Assembly (NCBI GenBank): GCA_963842525.1 | Contig: CAWJGT010000008.1 | Location: forward strand, 32,001-96,000 | DNA: 64,000 nt | DNA from: an uncultured Holophagales bacterium | GTDB taxonomy: Bacteria; Acidobacteriota; Thermoanaerobaculia; Multivoradales; UBA5704 | Reading direction: 5' to 3' | Shown here: positions 1 to 9,466 of the stretch, piece by piece | Position numbering within the stretch: position 1 is the stretch's first letter | Layout: the number at the start of each line of letters is the position of its first letter | The notes under the pieces: generated by a model | What the model saw: the letters and a program-made list of their open reading frames with translations, nothing else | The model's database searches: none | Told to the model about the DNA's origin: nothing | Program-made: the position numbers and the translations under genes

Positions 1-119
1 TGGATGCCGGCGGCACCGCCGTGGTCTGCGGCTCGATCTACCTGATCGGCGAGGTCCGGAGGGCGCTGCGCGAGCGGTTCGGAGTGCCCGCGCCACCTTT
101 CGCTCGTTTCGATCAGTAG
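1..119 (+). CDS. folC: 3' end of folylpolyglutamate synthase/dihydrofolate synthase (partial)
   Basis: Frame from nt 3 reads DAGGTAVVCGSIYLIGEVRRALRERFG...DQ*. The GSxYLxGEV motif is the conserved FolC C-terminus. TAG at 117-119. Confidence 0.75.
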   Translation, partial: DAGGTAVVCGSIYLIGEVRRALRERFGVPAPPFARFDQ

Positions 120-823
120 CTCTCGCCCGGTTTCAGGGCGATCACCTCGCAGCTCACTCCCTGGTCCTCGAGCGCCTTGACCAGCTTTTCCGGCGTGCCG
201 GTGAGGGCGGGGAACGTGCCCCAGTGGATCGGGATGACGCGCCGGACGCCGAGATAGCGGCAGGCGCGGGCGGCCTGGCGCGGATCCATGGTGAAGAGGT
301 CGCCGATAGGCAGGAAGGCCAGCTCGGGCCGGTACATCTCGCAGAAGAGCTGCATGTCGGTGAACAGGGCGGTGTCCCCGGCATGGTAGAAGGTAAAGCC
401 GCCCGGCAGCCGCACGATGAAGCCGCTCGCCGAGCCGCCGTAGAGGATCTGGTCGCCGTCGCTGATGCCGCAGGAGTGGTCGGCGCGGACCATGGTGACC
501 TGCAGCCCCAGGACGTCCTGGCTGCCGCCTAGGTTCATGGCGGAACAGTTTTCCACCCCCTTCGAGCCCAGCCAGGTGCAGGTCTCGAAGTTGGCGACCA
601 CCGTTTTCGGCCGGTGCTTCTTCGCCAGCTCCACGGCGTCGCCGACGTGGTCGAAATGGGCATGGGTGATCAGCATCGCGTCGAGCCGGTCGAGCTTTTT
701 CTGCTCGTCCGGGCAGGCAGGGTTTCCCTGAACCCAGGGGTCGATGAGCAGGACCTCCCCGCCGGGAAGGTCGCAACGGACGGTGGCGTGACCCAGGTAG
801 GTGAACTTCGGACGCGGGTGCAT
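113..823 (-). CDS. Metallo-beta-lactamase-fold metal-dependent hydrolase (UPF0173-like)
   Basis: Motifs YLGHA, IDPW, THAHFDH (HxHxDH), YHAGDT and IPIHWGTFP; GGAG RBS upstream. Confidence 0.92.
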   Translation of the reverse strand: MHPRPKFTYLGHATVRCDLPGGEVLLIDPWVQGNPACPDEQKKLDRLDAMLITHAHFDHVGDAVELAKKHRPKTVVANFETCTWLGSKGVENCSAMNLGGSQDVLGLQVTMVRADHSCGISDGDQILYGGSASGFIVRLPGGFTFYHAGDTALFTDMQLFCEMYRPELAFLPIGDLFTMDPRQAARACRYLGVRRVIPIHWGTFPALTGTPEKLVKALEDQGVSCEVIALKPGESY

Positions 824-858
824 GGCTCCCTCCTCTCGTTCAGGCTGGGGATTGTAGC

Positions 859-893
859 CAAAAAGAAAAGCGGCCGGGGGTCCGGCCGCTTTC
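859..893 (-). terminator. Rho-independent terminator after the ArsR gene
   Basis: Hairpin aaagcggccgg-gggt-ccggccgcttt, followed on the minus strand by a T-rich tract. Confidence 0.7.
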
Positions 894-920
894 GGGGGTG
901 TAAGGACCGAGCCGGGAGGC

Positions 921-1268
921 TCAGACCTGGAACTGCTTGAAGAAGTTGTCGCGCAGCTTGGCGTTGAACACGTGCTCGGTCAGACGGTAGTAGATCGTCT
1001 GGGCGTCCCGGCGCGGAGCCACCAGCCCGTAGGCCTTCAGCTTCGCCAGGTGCTGGGACACGGCCGAGACCGAGACCCCCAGCATCTCCGCCAAGTCACA
1101 CACGCACAGCTCTTTCATGTTCTCGAGCAGGTAGAGGAGCTTGAGCCGGGTGGCGTTCCCGGCGAGGTTCATCAGCTCCGCAGCCTCCTCGATGTCCGGC
1201 GTCCCCTCAAGGTTCTGCCGGATCTGGGCCATTTCCTTCGACGACATGGACGGCGCCTCGCCTTTCAT
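921..1268 (-). CDS. ArsR/SmtB family metalloregulator
   Basis: TRLKLLYLL...ELCVCDLA...SVSAVSQHLAKLK...RRDAQTIYYRL helix-turn-helix with the ELCVCDL metal motif; GGAGG RBS. Confidence 0.93.
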   Translation of the reverse strand: MKGEAPSMSSKEMAQIRQNLEGTPDIEEAAELMNLAGNATRLKLLYLLENMKELCVCDLAEMLGVSVSAVSQHLAKLKAYGLVAPRRDAQTIYYRLTEHVFNAKLRDNFFKQFQV

Positions 1269-1645
1269 CGCTTACCTCCAGGTAAAATTGGTTAAGGCAA
1301 ACCTGTCTCAACCAACCCGTCGCGGGACCTCCGCGCCGGGGAAAGTAACAGTCTCTTTGGTAACTACGTGTCCTCTTCACTCCTAACCGGGACACCCGGT
1401 ACGACATTTTTCTCGCGGACTCTGGTTGAACACTCTCGATTATACTCATAGGGCGACGAGGAAATCTAGCGTTTTTTGGCCGACTTTGTCCCGTTTCGCC
1501 CTCCAGCCGCACCTTGCAACTTCTGAACAGGGTCCTCGCCCATTTAATTCCTCTCTTGAAGAGGAGTCCTCTGCATACCTCCGAGCCCTGTTTCGGCGCC
1601 CATCTGGCGGGGCAGGTATAATCCCGGGTGGAAAGGAGGTGGGGT

Positions 1646-1885
1646 ATGGCCTCACGCATCAGCATCGAGTACTGCACGTCCTGAAACTATTACCCCCGCG
1701 CCGCCGGTCTGGCGGAGCAGATCGAGAAGAAGTTCGGGACCCGGCCGCAGCTCATCAAGAGCTACGGAGGGGTCTTCGAGGTCAAGGCGGACGACGAGCT
1801 CGTCTTCTCCAAGAAAAAGTTGGGACGGTTCCCCCAGCCGGGAGAGGTCGAAGGCCTCCTGGAGCAGAAGACTGCCGCATCCTAG
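1646..1885 (+). CDS. SelW/SelT/Rdx family selenoprotein (CxxU), 79 aa; not in the ORF track
   Basis: AAGGAGGT RBS, then MASRISIEYCTS[TGA 1682-1684]NYYPRAAGLAEQIEKKFG...GGVFEVKADDELVFSKKKLGRFP...*. Rdx-family motifs lie on both sides of the in-frame TGA. Confidence 0.9.
1701..1715 (+). promoter_or_regulatory. Putative bacterial SECIS hairpin
   Basis: ccgcc-ggtct-ggcgg stem-loop beginning 16 nt after the UGA. The GGUCU apex matches the apex of the E. coli fdhF SECIS. Confidence 0.65.
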
Positions 1886-3037
1886 TCACCCGTGTGAAGC
1901 GCTCGCGCCGCCTCCAGGAGGAGGCGGCGCGGGGCGCCCTTCCTCCCCTTTCCCAATTTCTTTCCCGACTAGCGGCGTCACCTGCGCCAGGAACTGCCCG
2001 GCCACCACGTCCCAGTCGTACTGCCGCGTGTGCGCCTGCCCGTGCCGTCCGTACGCCTCCCGCCGCGCCGGCTCGCGCAACAGGGTCGTCAGGGCCGCCG
2101 CCAGCGCATCCACGTCCCGCGGCGGCACCAGCAGCCCTGCCTGTCCGTCGGGGACCACCTCCGGGATCGCCGCGGCCCGTGTCGCCACCACCGGCAAGCC
2201 GCTTGCCATGGCCTCGAGGAACACGATCCCGAACCCCTCCTGCACGCTCGGCAGGCAGAACACGTCGGCATGACGATAGAGACGCGCCACGTCGTCGTCG
2301 TCCGCGACAGCGCCCAGGAACCGGACCGTGTCGCCGAGCCCCAACTCGGCCGCCAGCATGCGGAGCGCCGCGTGCTCAGGCCCATCGCCGACGACGACGG
2401 CATGCGCGGCCGGCACTGCGCGGCGCACTCGGGGCAGCGCGCGCAGCAGGTCGGCGATGTGTTTGCGCGGGTACTGGCGCGCCACGCACAGGATCGTCGA
2501 TCCGTCGCTGCGGCGCGGAGTCTGCGCGGCGATGCGCTGCCAGCGTGCCAGGTCGATCCCCTCGGGCACCAGACGGATACGCTCGACGGGGACGCCATAG
2601 TGGCGGACGATGGCGTCCTGGCAGTAGGCGCTGTCTGCCAGCACGATATCGGCCTGGCGGGCGTTGCGGCCTTCCAGGCGGGCGAGCGCCTGGAAGAGGA
2701 GGCGAGTGCGTCCCGACTCGTGGAGAAGCTCCTCGGCGATGACCCCCTTGATGGCTACGACGTAGGGCAGGGTGCCACGCGAGGAAGACCAGAAGACGCC
2801 GTCGAGGTCCGTGCCGACGACCAGATCGTAGTCGTGGGTGCGCCAGCGCGCACGGAGCCGTGCGTTGAAAAAGAGGCGGCGCAGGGTCAGGTTGCGAGGG
2901 CGCGGCCCGGCCGGCGCGATGCGGGTGACGAGGTGGCCGCGCGCGCGCAACGCCTCCACCAGGCCGCCGATGCCCACGGCCGTGCCGCTACCCTCAGCGC
3001 TGCTCTGGAGCCAGGAGTCGAGGAAGGCGATCTTCAC
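1886..3037 (-). CDS. Glycosyltransferase family 4 (GT-B fold)
   Basis: Motifs RKHIADLL and DVFCLPSVQEGFGIVFLEAMASGLPVV. Probable GTG start at 3037 overlaps the upstream stop (GTGA). Confidence 0.9.
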   Translation of the reverse strand: MKIAFLDSWLQSSAEGSGTAVGIGGLVEALRARGHLVTRIAPAGPRPRNLTLRRLFFNARLRARWRTHDYDLVVGTDLDGVFWSSSRGTLPYVVAIKGVIAEELLHESGRTRLLFQALARLEGRNARQADIVLADSAYCQDAIVRHYGVPVERIRLVPEGIDLARWQRIAAQTPRRSDGSTILCVARQYPRKHIADLLRALPRVRRAVPAAHAVVVGDGPEHAALRMLAAELGLGDTVRFLGAVADDDDVARLYRHADVFCLPSVQEGFGIVFLEAMASGLPVVATRAAAIPEVVPDGQAGLLVPPRDVDALAAALTTLLREPARREAYGRHGQAHTRQYDWDVVAGQFLAQVTPLVGKEIGKGEEGRPAPPPPGGGASASHG

Positions 3038-3531
3038 GGGGCCTTGATCTCGGCTTCGTACCAGCATCGCTGGCCCGCCGACTCCTGCACCGAGACGGCC
3101 AGGGTGTCCACCCGCGAACCGGCGAGGCACGGCGCCAGCTCGTCCCAGAGCAGGCGCGCGAGCAGCTCCATCGAGGTGTTGACCAGCGGCAGCAGGAGGA
3201 TGTCGTCGGCGGGGAACCGGTAGACCCTGTCCGCGAAGCGCACCTCGACGGCCCCCTCCTGCTGGGACCAGTGCAGGTGCCGGCTCTCGGACGGCAGCAG
3301 GGTGCGGCTGTCCAGGCGGGCGCAGCGCTCCCGCAGCGTCCTCTTGAAGCTCTCGAGGTCAACCAGCAGCCCCTCCCCGTCCAGCCCTTCGCCGGACAGC
3401 TCGACCTGCACCTGGTAGTTGTGGCCGTGGAGGAGCTCGGCCCGGCCGTCGGGGAAGATCGTGAAGTGGGCGGCCGAGAACTTGATGTCCTCCTTGGCGA
3501 GGGCGATGCGGTAGCGGGGGAGGTTTGGCAT
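3034..3531 (-). CDS. 6-pyruvoyl-tetrahydropterin synthase family protein (ExxHGH, PTPS-III type)
   Basis: FSAAHF...ELLHGHNY...VD...NTSMELLA...VQES T-fold motifs. Confidence 0.85.
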   Translation of the reverse strand: MPNLPRYRIALAKEDIKFSAAHFTIFPDGRAELLHGHNYQVQVELSGEGLDGEGLLVDLESFKRTLRERCARLDSRTLLPSESRHLHWSQQEGAVEVRFADRVYRFPADDILLLPLVNTSMELLARLLWDELAPCLAGSRVDTLAVSVQESAGQRCWYEAEIKAP

Positions 3532-3559
3532 GAGGCCGATTCTATCCGCGCGCGCCGAA

Positions 3560-3662
3560 CGCCCGGCGATGAATCGCCGGGCTAGCAATAGCGCCCCATG
3601 AATGGGGCTTGAAGCCGGGTTCACCCGGCGCTGTTCCTAGCCCGGGCATTCATGCCCGGGCG
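3560..3662. repeat. REP/BIME-like doublet of inverted palindromes
   Basis: Four hairpins: gcccggcgat-gaatcgccgggc, gccccatgaatggggc, gccgggttcacccggc and gcccgggcattcatgcccgggc. They form two inverted units with CTAG feet. Confidence 0.7.
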
Positions 3663-3749
3663 GCAGGGCGGCGCAGCTCACCTCAATGGGGGGCGCTGTA
3701 AGATGCTGCCGCTCCTCCTGCGTGGAGCCGCCAGAGAAAGGACGCGACC

Positions 3750-6365
3750 ATGCCCTTGTCCTCCCGTCCGGGCCTTGCCCGCGCGCTGCCGGTCCTGCTG
3801 CTGCTCCTCTTCGCCGCCGCGCCCGGGGCCCCCGAAGGGCGGCAGCCTTTTGCGCCCGACGCTCCTCCCCAGGACATGCCGGAGCGGACCTTCGACCTCC
3901 GGCACCTGCGGCTCGACCTCGTCTTCGATTGGAAGGAGGGCGAGGTCGCCGGGACCGCCACCAACACGCTCGCGCCGCTGCGCCCCGGGACCGACACCCT
4001 GGTCTTCCACGCCGCCGGCCTGCAGGTGTCGAAGGTGCGGCTTGCCGGCGCGGAGCTGCGGTTCTCGTTCGACCCCAAAGCCGAGACCCTGACCGTACGG
4101 CTCGGCCGCGCCTATGGCCCCGACGACGTGCTCGATGTGGCCGTCGACTACACGGCCCGCCCGCGCGCCGGCCTCTATTTCGTCGGGCCGGACGAGGGTT
4201 ATCCCGACAAGCCGCGCCAGGTCTACTCGCAGGGAGAGCCCGACCTCAACCGCCACTGGTTCCCGAGCTGGGACTACCCCAACGACCGCACCACCAGCGA
4301 GCTGCTCGCCACGGTCGAACGCCCCCTCCAGGTCGTCGGCAACGGCAAGCTGGTCGAGGTGCTCGACCGGCCCGACAGCCGGCGTACCTATCACTGGCGG
4401 ATGGAGGAGGCGCATACCACCTACCTCGTCTCGATCGTGGCGGGCGAATTCGTCCGGGTGGCCGACCAGTGGAACGGAATCCAGATCGAGTACTACGTCC
4501 AGCCCGGCCGGGAGGAGGAGGCCCGCCGCTCCTTCGGTGACACGCCGAAGATGATGGAGTACTTTTCGACCGTCACCGGCCGGCCCTATCCCTACGCCAA
4601 GTACGCCCAGAGCACGGTCGTCGACTACATGTGGGGCGGCATGGAGAACATCACCGCCACCACCCAGACCGAGCGGACGCTGCACGACGCCCGCGCCGCG
4701 CTCGACATTTCGAGCGAGGGCCTGGTGGCCCACGAGCTCGCGCATCAATGGTTCGGCGACCTCGTCACCTGCCGGAGCTGGGAGCACGCCTGGCTCAACG
4801 AGGGCTTCGCCGACTACATGACCGCCCTCTGGGACCGGCACGCCCACGGGCCGGATGAATTCGCCTGGGAGGTGGACGACCTGCGGCGTGCCTACTTCGC
4901 CGAGGACAAGGACGAATACCGGCGGCCCATCGCCACCAAGCGCTACGCCGACCCGATCCAGTTGTTCGATGCCCACACCTACGAAAAAGGGGCGCTCGTC
5001 CTGCGCATGGTCCACGGCCTCCTGGGCGAGGAGACCTGGTGGCGGGCGGTGCGTCAGTACCTCGCGCGTTTCGCCGGCCGGACGGTGACCACCGCCGACT
5101 TCCAGGGCCTCTTCGACGAAGTCTCGGGCATCCCGCTCAGCCCCGTTGTCGAACAGTACGTCCAGGGCGCCGGCCATCCTGAGCTTGCGATTCGCTGGGA
5201 CTGGCGGCCCAAGGAGCGCATGGTGCGCCTCGCCGTCGAGCAGACCCAGCAGGTGACCGGCGAGACCGGGTTCTTCGCGCTTCCGGTCGAGATCGGGCTG
5301 GTGGGAGAAAAAGGGATCGAAATCCGCCGCGTGCAGCTCGAGCCGCGACGCTTCCAGGATCTCGACCTGCCCAGCGAGGAGCGCCCGCGTACGATCGTCT
5401 TCGACCCCAGCGCCTGGACGCTCGCCACGGTCGTCTTCGACAAGCCGCTCGCCGAGTGGATCGTCCAACTGGAGGCCGCGGACGGCCTGGCCATGAAGCT
5501 CGAAGCCCTGCGCGCCCTCGGCGAGACGGGAGGCGGCATGGCCAAAGGGGAGGCCGAGGCGGCGCTCGGACAGGCACTCCGCGAAGAGCCGTTCCGCGGC
5601 GCCCGCCAGGTCGCGGCGCAGTCGCTGGCAAAGCTCGGCACCGATGCCGCGCTGGCCGAGCTGAAGGCCGGCCTGAAAGACCGCGAAGGCCGCGTGCGCA
5701 CGGAGATCCTGAAAGCCCTGGGCTCCTTCCCGCAGCACCGCGAGCTGGTGCCGGTCCTCGTGCGAGCCCTGGAGCAGGAGGAAGGACCCTATGCGCGGGC
5801 CGCAGCCGCCGAGTCTCTGGGGCATTTCGAGGAATTCCGCGCCGAGGCATCTCCGGCGCTCCTCCGAGCCCTCTCCCAGAAGAGCCACGGGGATGTGATC
5901 ACCGGAACGGCGATCAAGGCCCTGGCCGACCTCGGGGCGCCGCAGACCTTCGACCATGCGGTCCGCCTGGCGCGCTACGGAGCGCCGATCAACAGCCGCG
6001 ACGACGCCTTCCTTGCCCTGGCCAAATACGCCACGAAGCAGGGTCCTGACGTGCGCACGAAGGCCCGCCGCGTCCTGGAAAGCTACCTCGACGACCCCTC
6101 CTATCTGGCACGGCGCGGTCTCTATCCAGCCCTGGCCGAGCTCGGCGATCCAGCCGCAATCCCGGCGCTCGAAAGGGCCGCGCGCAACGAAACGGACGCC
6201 CAGCAGCGCCTGAACGCCGAGGACGCCATCGCCAAGCTGCGCGAAGCGCCGACCGAGCCGGTCTCCACCGAGGTGGCGGCGGATCGTCTCCAGCAGCTCG
6301 AACGGGAGGCTGAGGTGCTCCGCCAGAGGGTTGACGAGCTGGAGGAGGAGACCTCACCTCCCTGA
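3750..6365 (+). CDS. Secreted M1 family zinc aminopeptidase with C-terminal HEAT-like repeats
   Basis: Signal peptide; GGMEN, HELAH...WLNEGFA and YEKGA motifs; helical repeats of the VRTEILKALG type. Confidence 0.93.
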   Translation: MPLSSRPGLARALPVLLLLLFAAAPGAPEGRQPFAPDAPPQDMPERTFDLRHLRLDLVFDWKEGEVAGTATNTLAPLRPGTDTLVFHAAGLQVSKVRLAGAELRFSFDPKAETLTVRLGRAYGPDDVLDVAVDYTARPRAGLYFVGPDEGYPDKPRQVYSQGEPDLNRHWFPSWDYPNDRTTSELLATVERPLQVVGNGKLVEVLDRPDSRRTYHWRMEEAHTTYLVSIVAGEFVRVADQWNGIQIEYYVQPGREEEARRSFGDTPKMMEYFSTVTGRPYPYAKYAQSTVVDYMWGGMENITATTQTERTLHDARAALDISSEGLVAHELAHQWFGDLVTCRSWEHAWLNEGFADYMTALWDRHAHGPDEFAWEVDDLRRAYFAEDKDEYRRPIATKRYADPIQLFDAHTYEKGALVLRMVHGLLGEETWWRAVRQYLARFAGRTVTTADFQGLFDEVSGIPLSPVVEQYVQGAGHPELAIRWDWRPKERMVRLAVEQTQQVTGETGFFALPVEIGLVGEKGIEIRRVQLEPRRFQDLDLPSEERPRTIVFDPSAWTLATVVFDKPLAEWIVQLEAADGLAMKLEALRALGETGGGMAKGEAEAALGQALREEPFRGARQVAAQSLAKLGTDAALAELKAGLKDREGRVRTEILKALGSFPQHRELVPVLVRALEQEEGPYARAAAAESLGHFEEFRAEASPALLRALSQKSHGDVITGTAIKALADLGAPQTFDHAVRLARYGAPINSRDDAFLALAKYATKQGPDVRTKARRVLESYLDDPSYLARRGLYPALAELGDPAAIPALERAARNETDAQQRLNAEDAIAKLREAPTEPVSTEVAADRLQQLEREAEVLRQRVDELEEETSPP

Positions 6366-6408
6366 CCCAAGGGGAAGTCTGTTACAGTGTTTTCCGAGGA
6401 GGCCGAAG

Positions 6409-6660
6409 ATGGCCAACGTGATGATCGAGCTGCCCGATGAGGTGTATGAAGCCCTCCGCCGCTCGCCGAGCGAGGTGCAAAGGGATCTGCGTCTCGCCGC
6501 TGCCATTCGTTGGTACTCCCAAGGGCTGATCTCCCAGGAACGGGCAGCCATGGCGGCCGGCATGGACCGCACGGATTTCCTGATGGCGCTTGCCCGTGAG
6601 CAGGTCGACGCCTTCCATGTCGACCTCGACCAGCTTGCGAGAGAGATCGCAGGTGAGTGA
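6409..6660 (+). CDS. UPF0175 family putative antitoxin
   Basis: IELP...LAAAIRWYSQGLISQERAAMAAGMDRTDFLMAL; GAGGAGG RBS. Confidence 0.85.
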   Translation: MANVMIELPDEVYEALRRSPSEVQRDLRLAAAIRWYSQGLISQERAAMAAGMDRTDFLMALAREQVDAFHVDLDQLAREIAGE

Positions 6661-6775
6661 AGCTCCGGTTGTCAATTCCTCCCCTCTGCTCTACCTCGCT
6701 CACTCGCTGATCCCCTGGCGTCTTCATGCATGGTTTGACGGCGTCCTGGGTTGCTTGCCCACCAACCTCCGCTGA
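6653..6775 (+). pseudogene. Truncated DUF3368/PIN toxin remnant
   Basis: Overlaps the antitoxin stop. VVNSSPLLYLA matches the DUF3368 N-terminus, then similarity is lost and the frame stops after 40 aa. Confidence 0.65.
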
Positions 6776-8420
6776 GCCGGTTCCCTGGGCTAGAATTCGC
6801 AGATGCCCTCCGTCTTCCTGAGCTACAGCCACAAGGACGAGGTGTGGAAAGACCGCCTCCAGACCCACCTCCGTGTCCTGGAAAAGCAGGGACTCCTCGA
6901 GACCTGGGAGGACCGGCGCATCGGAGGCGGGTCCGGCTGGCTTGAGGACATCCAGGAGGCCATGGAGCGCGCGAGCGTCGCCGTGCTCCTCATCTCGGCC
7001 GACTTCCTGACTTCGGAATTCATTCTTAAGGAGGAGGTTCCCCGACTACTCCAACGACAACGAGAGAGCGGGCTGTCTGTCCTTCCAGTGATCGTTCGCT
7101 CCTGCGCCTGGAAGGAGGTCGGCTGGTTCCGTGAGATCCAGGTCCTACCTCCTGATGGGAAGCCACTCGCCAGCTTCACGGGAGATCGACGCGACGCCGA
7201 GTTAGCGAACATCGCTCTCGAAATCCGGCGGATGCTGCGCGCAGAGGACGCCCTCGCCCGCCGGGAACAGGCCAACCTCGCTGGCCACGATCTGCGCGGT
7301 AAGGACCTCTCGGGCCAGGATCTCTCTGGCGCGGATCTGAGCGGAGCGGACCTCACTGCGGCCCGGCTGGTCGGAACCCGCCTGGCCTCGGCACGGCTGA
7401 TCAAAGCTCGGCTTCGGGAGGCTGACCTCAACACGGCCCTGCTGACCGGTGCAGACCTCACCGGTGCCGATCTCACCGGCGCTCGGCTGGTCGGAGCAGA
7501 TTTGCGAGGGGCTCACCTGGAACAGGCCCGCCTCCGGCACGCCAAGCTCCTGGGTGCCGTGCTCGACGCTGGGGCCTTCGAGGAGTCCGATACGTTCGGT
7601 GCCGCTTGGAGCCATCTCGGCGATCTCGGCGTACAGATACGCGCGAAGAGGGTATGCCAGACCGTCGCCTGGAGCCCGGACGGCGAGCTCCTGGCGAGTA
7701 CTCATGAGAACTTGGTGTTTATTTGGAATGCCAACTGCAGACGCGAGATCCGTGCCTTAGTGGGACACCAAAGCACGGTCTGGAGCGTGGGCTTCAGCCC
7801 TGACGGCAAGACCATTGCCAGCGCCTCCTCCGACAACACCGTGCGGCTCTGGCAGACCGACTCCGGCTCGGAAATCAAAACCTTGACCGGACACCAAGAT
7901 ACGGTTTGGAGCGTGACCTTCAGCCCTGACGGCAAGACCATTGCCAGCGCCTCCTCCGACAACACCGTGCGGCTCTGGCAGACCGACTCCGGCTCGGAAA
8001 TCAAAATCTTGACCGGACACCAAGATACGGTTTGGAGCGTGACCTTCAGCCCTGACGGCAAGACCATTGCCAGCGCCTCCTCCGACAACACCGTGCGGCT
8101 CTGGCAGACCAACTCCGGCTCGGAAATCAAAACCTTGACCGGACACCAAGAGTGGGTCAGGAGCGTGGTCTTCAGCCCTGACGGCAAGACCCTCGCCAGT
8201 GCCTCCGACGACAACACCGTGCGACTGTGGCCGACTGAGTTCGGCTCGGAAATCAAAACCTTGACCGGTGTCGAGTCCCGCGTAATTCCGTGGCCACCTT
8301 TTCGAAATATTTCGTGGCGGACAGAAGGGGGAAGAGAGCAGTCCCGGATTGGGCCGGGTGGCGGTGGAATCCGGGACTGTTTTTGACCGAAGGGGCCGAG
8401 TTTTCAGCAGTTGCTTTGAT

Positions 8421-8663
8421 TCATTCTGGTCTTCGCGCCCAGGAGTTGGCAATCCAGCGCCGCAGGCCGACACGGACGTTCTTGAAACGGGCGGCCGGCC
8501 GGTTGTTGTGATACCACCTGAAGGTCTTGGTCTCCTCGAGAATGTTGAGATCCTGGAAGTCTGCGATCAGCTCGTCGACAAACTCTTCGTCGAGCTTGCG
8601 ATCGAACGGGTACTCGGGGACCTGGTTTTGCAGGTAGTCGAGGATGGGTTCGGGTGTGTTCAT
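8421..8663 (-). CDS. Small hypothetical transposon protein (80 aa)
   Basis: ATGA overlap with the ATPase stop; protein-like composition. Confidence 0.7.
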   Translation of the reverse strand: MNTPEPILDYLQNQVPEYPFDRKLDEEFVDELIADFQDLNILEETKTFRWYHNNRPAARFKNVRVGLRRWIANSWARRPE

Positions 8664-9466
8664 GAGCGCATCTCCTCGGCGGCTTGCAGGACGTGCTCGG
8701 GCTCGACGAGCTTGGCTCTGGAAGTGGCTGCGGCGGCCAGGGCGTGGTGGGCCAGGGTGTCGATTCTGCGCATGATGCCCTGGGAGGCTTCAAAGAGGGC
8801 TTCCTGGGCGGGGGCGGTGAAGAGGGGTCGATCCAGGCCGGCGATCTTGAGGCGATGTTCGAGGTAGCAGCAGGTGGTGTCTCGGTCGAAGCCGCGCAGG
8901 GTGAAGCGGATGGTGATGCGCTGAGCGAGGGCCTCCAGATGCGACAGGCGCAGGATCTGTCGCAATCCGGATTGACCGGCCAGGAGAAAGGCAAGCCGTC
9001 CTTCTGCGTCCCATTCAAAGTTGGCGAGCAGGGGGAAGAGGGCGAGGACGTCGGGCCTGAGGTTGTGGGCTTCGTCGACGATGAGCAGGACGGTTATGTG
9101 GCGGTCTTTGACGAGGCGTTGGATCTCTTGCTGGACGAGGCGGAAGGTCATGGCGCGAGACCATTCGGGCTGGAGGCCGAGTGCAAGGGCGAGTTGGCGG
9201 CAGAAGTCGGCGGGGTTGACCAGGGTGTCGTGCAGGTACACAGCGCGCACCTGGTCGGGGTGGAGATCGTCGCGCAGTCGCCTCAGGGCGGTGGTTTTGC
9301 CGCTGCCCGGCTCGCCGGTGAGCAGGCCGATGGCCCTGGAGTCGACCAGGTAGCGCAGACGGCTGTGGAGCTCTTCGAGCCCCTGAGGCCGAAACAGAGA
9401 GTCGGCGGTGAGGGGGCCGTGGAAGGGCGGCCGGGTGAAGCCGAAGGCGGTGGTATAGAGGTTCAC
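8660..9466 (-). CDS. ExeA/TnsC-like AAA+ ATPase of the transposon
   Basis: Walker A GEPGSGKTT, Walker B LLIVDEAH, LAGQ and QRI motifs; GTG start overlaps the transposase stop. Confidence 0.92.
   Translation of the reverse strand: MNLYTTAFGFTRPPFHGPLTADSLFRPQGLEELHSRLRYLVDSRAIGLLTGEPGSGKTTALRRLRDDLHPDQVRAVYLHDTLVNPADFCRQLALALGLQPEWSRAMTFRLVQQEIQRLVKDRHITVLLIVDEAHNLRPDVLALFPLLANFEWDAEGRLAFLLAGQSGLRQILRLSHLEALAQRITIRFTLRGFDRDTTCCYLEHRLKIAGLDRPLFTAPAQEALFEASQGIMRRIDTLAHHALAAAATSRAKLVEPEHVLQAAEEMRS

Noticed and set aside
1426-2742. 438-aa plus-strand ORF
   Set aside because: It is an Arg/Pro-rich shadow frame overlapping the selenoprotein and antisense to the GT4 gene.
8269-8386. C-terminus of the 527-aa ORF (also the N-terminus of ORF 11418-12998)
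   Set aside because: Both are read-through into transposon ends and are not part of the real protein.
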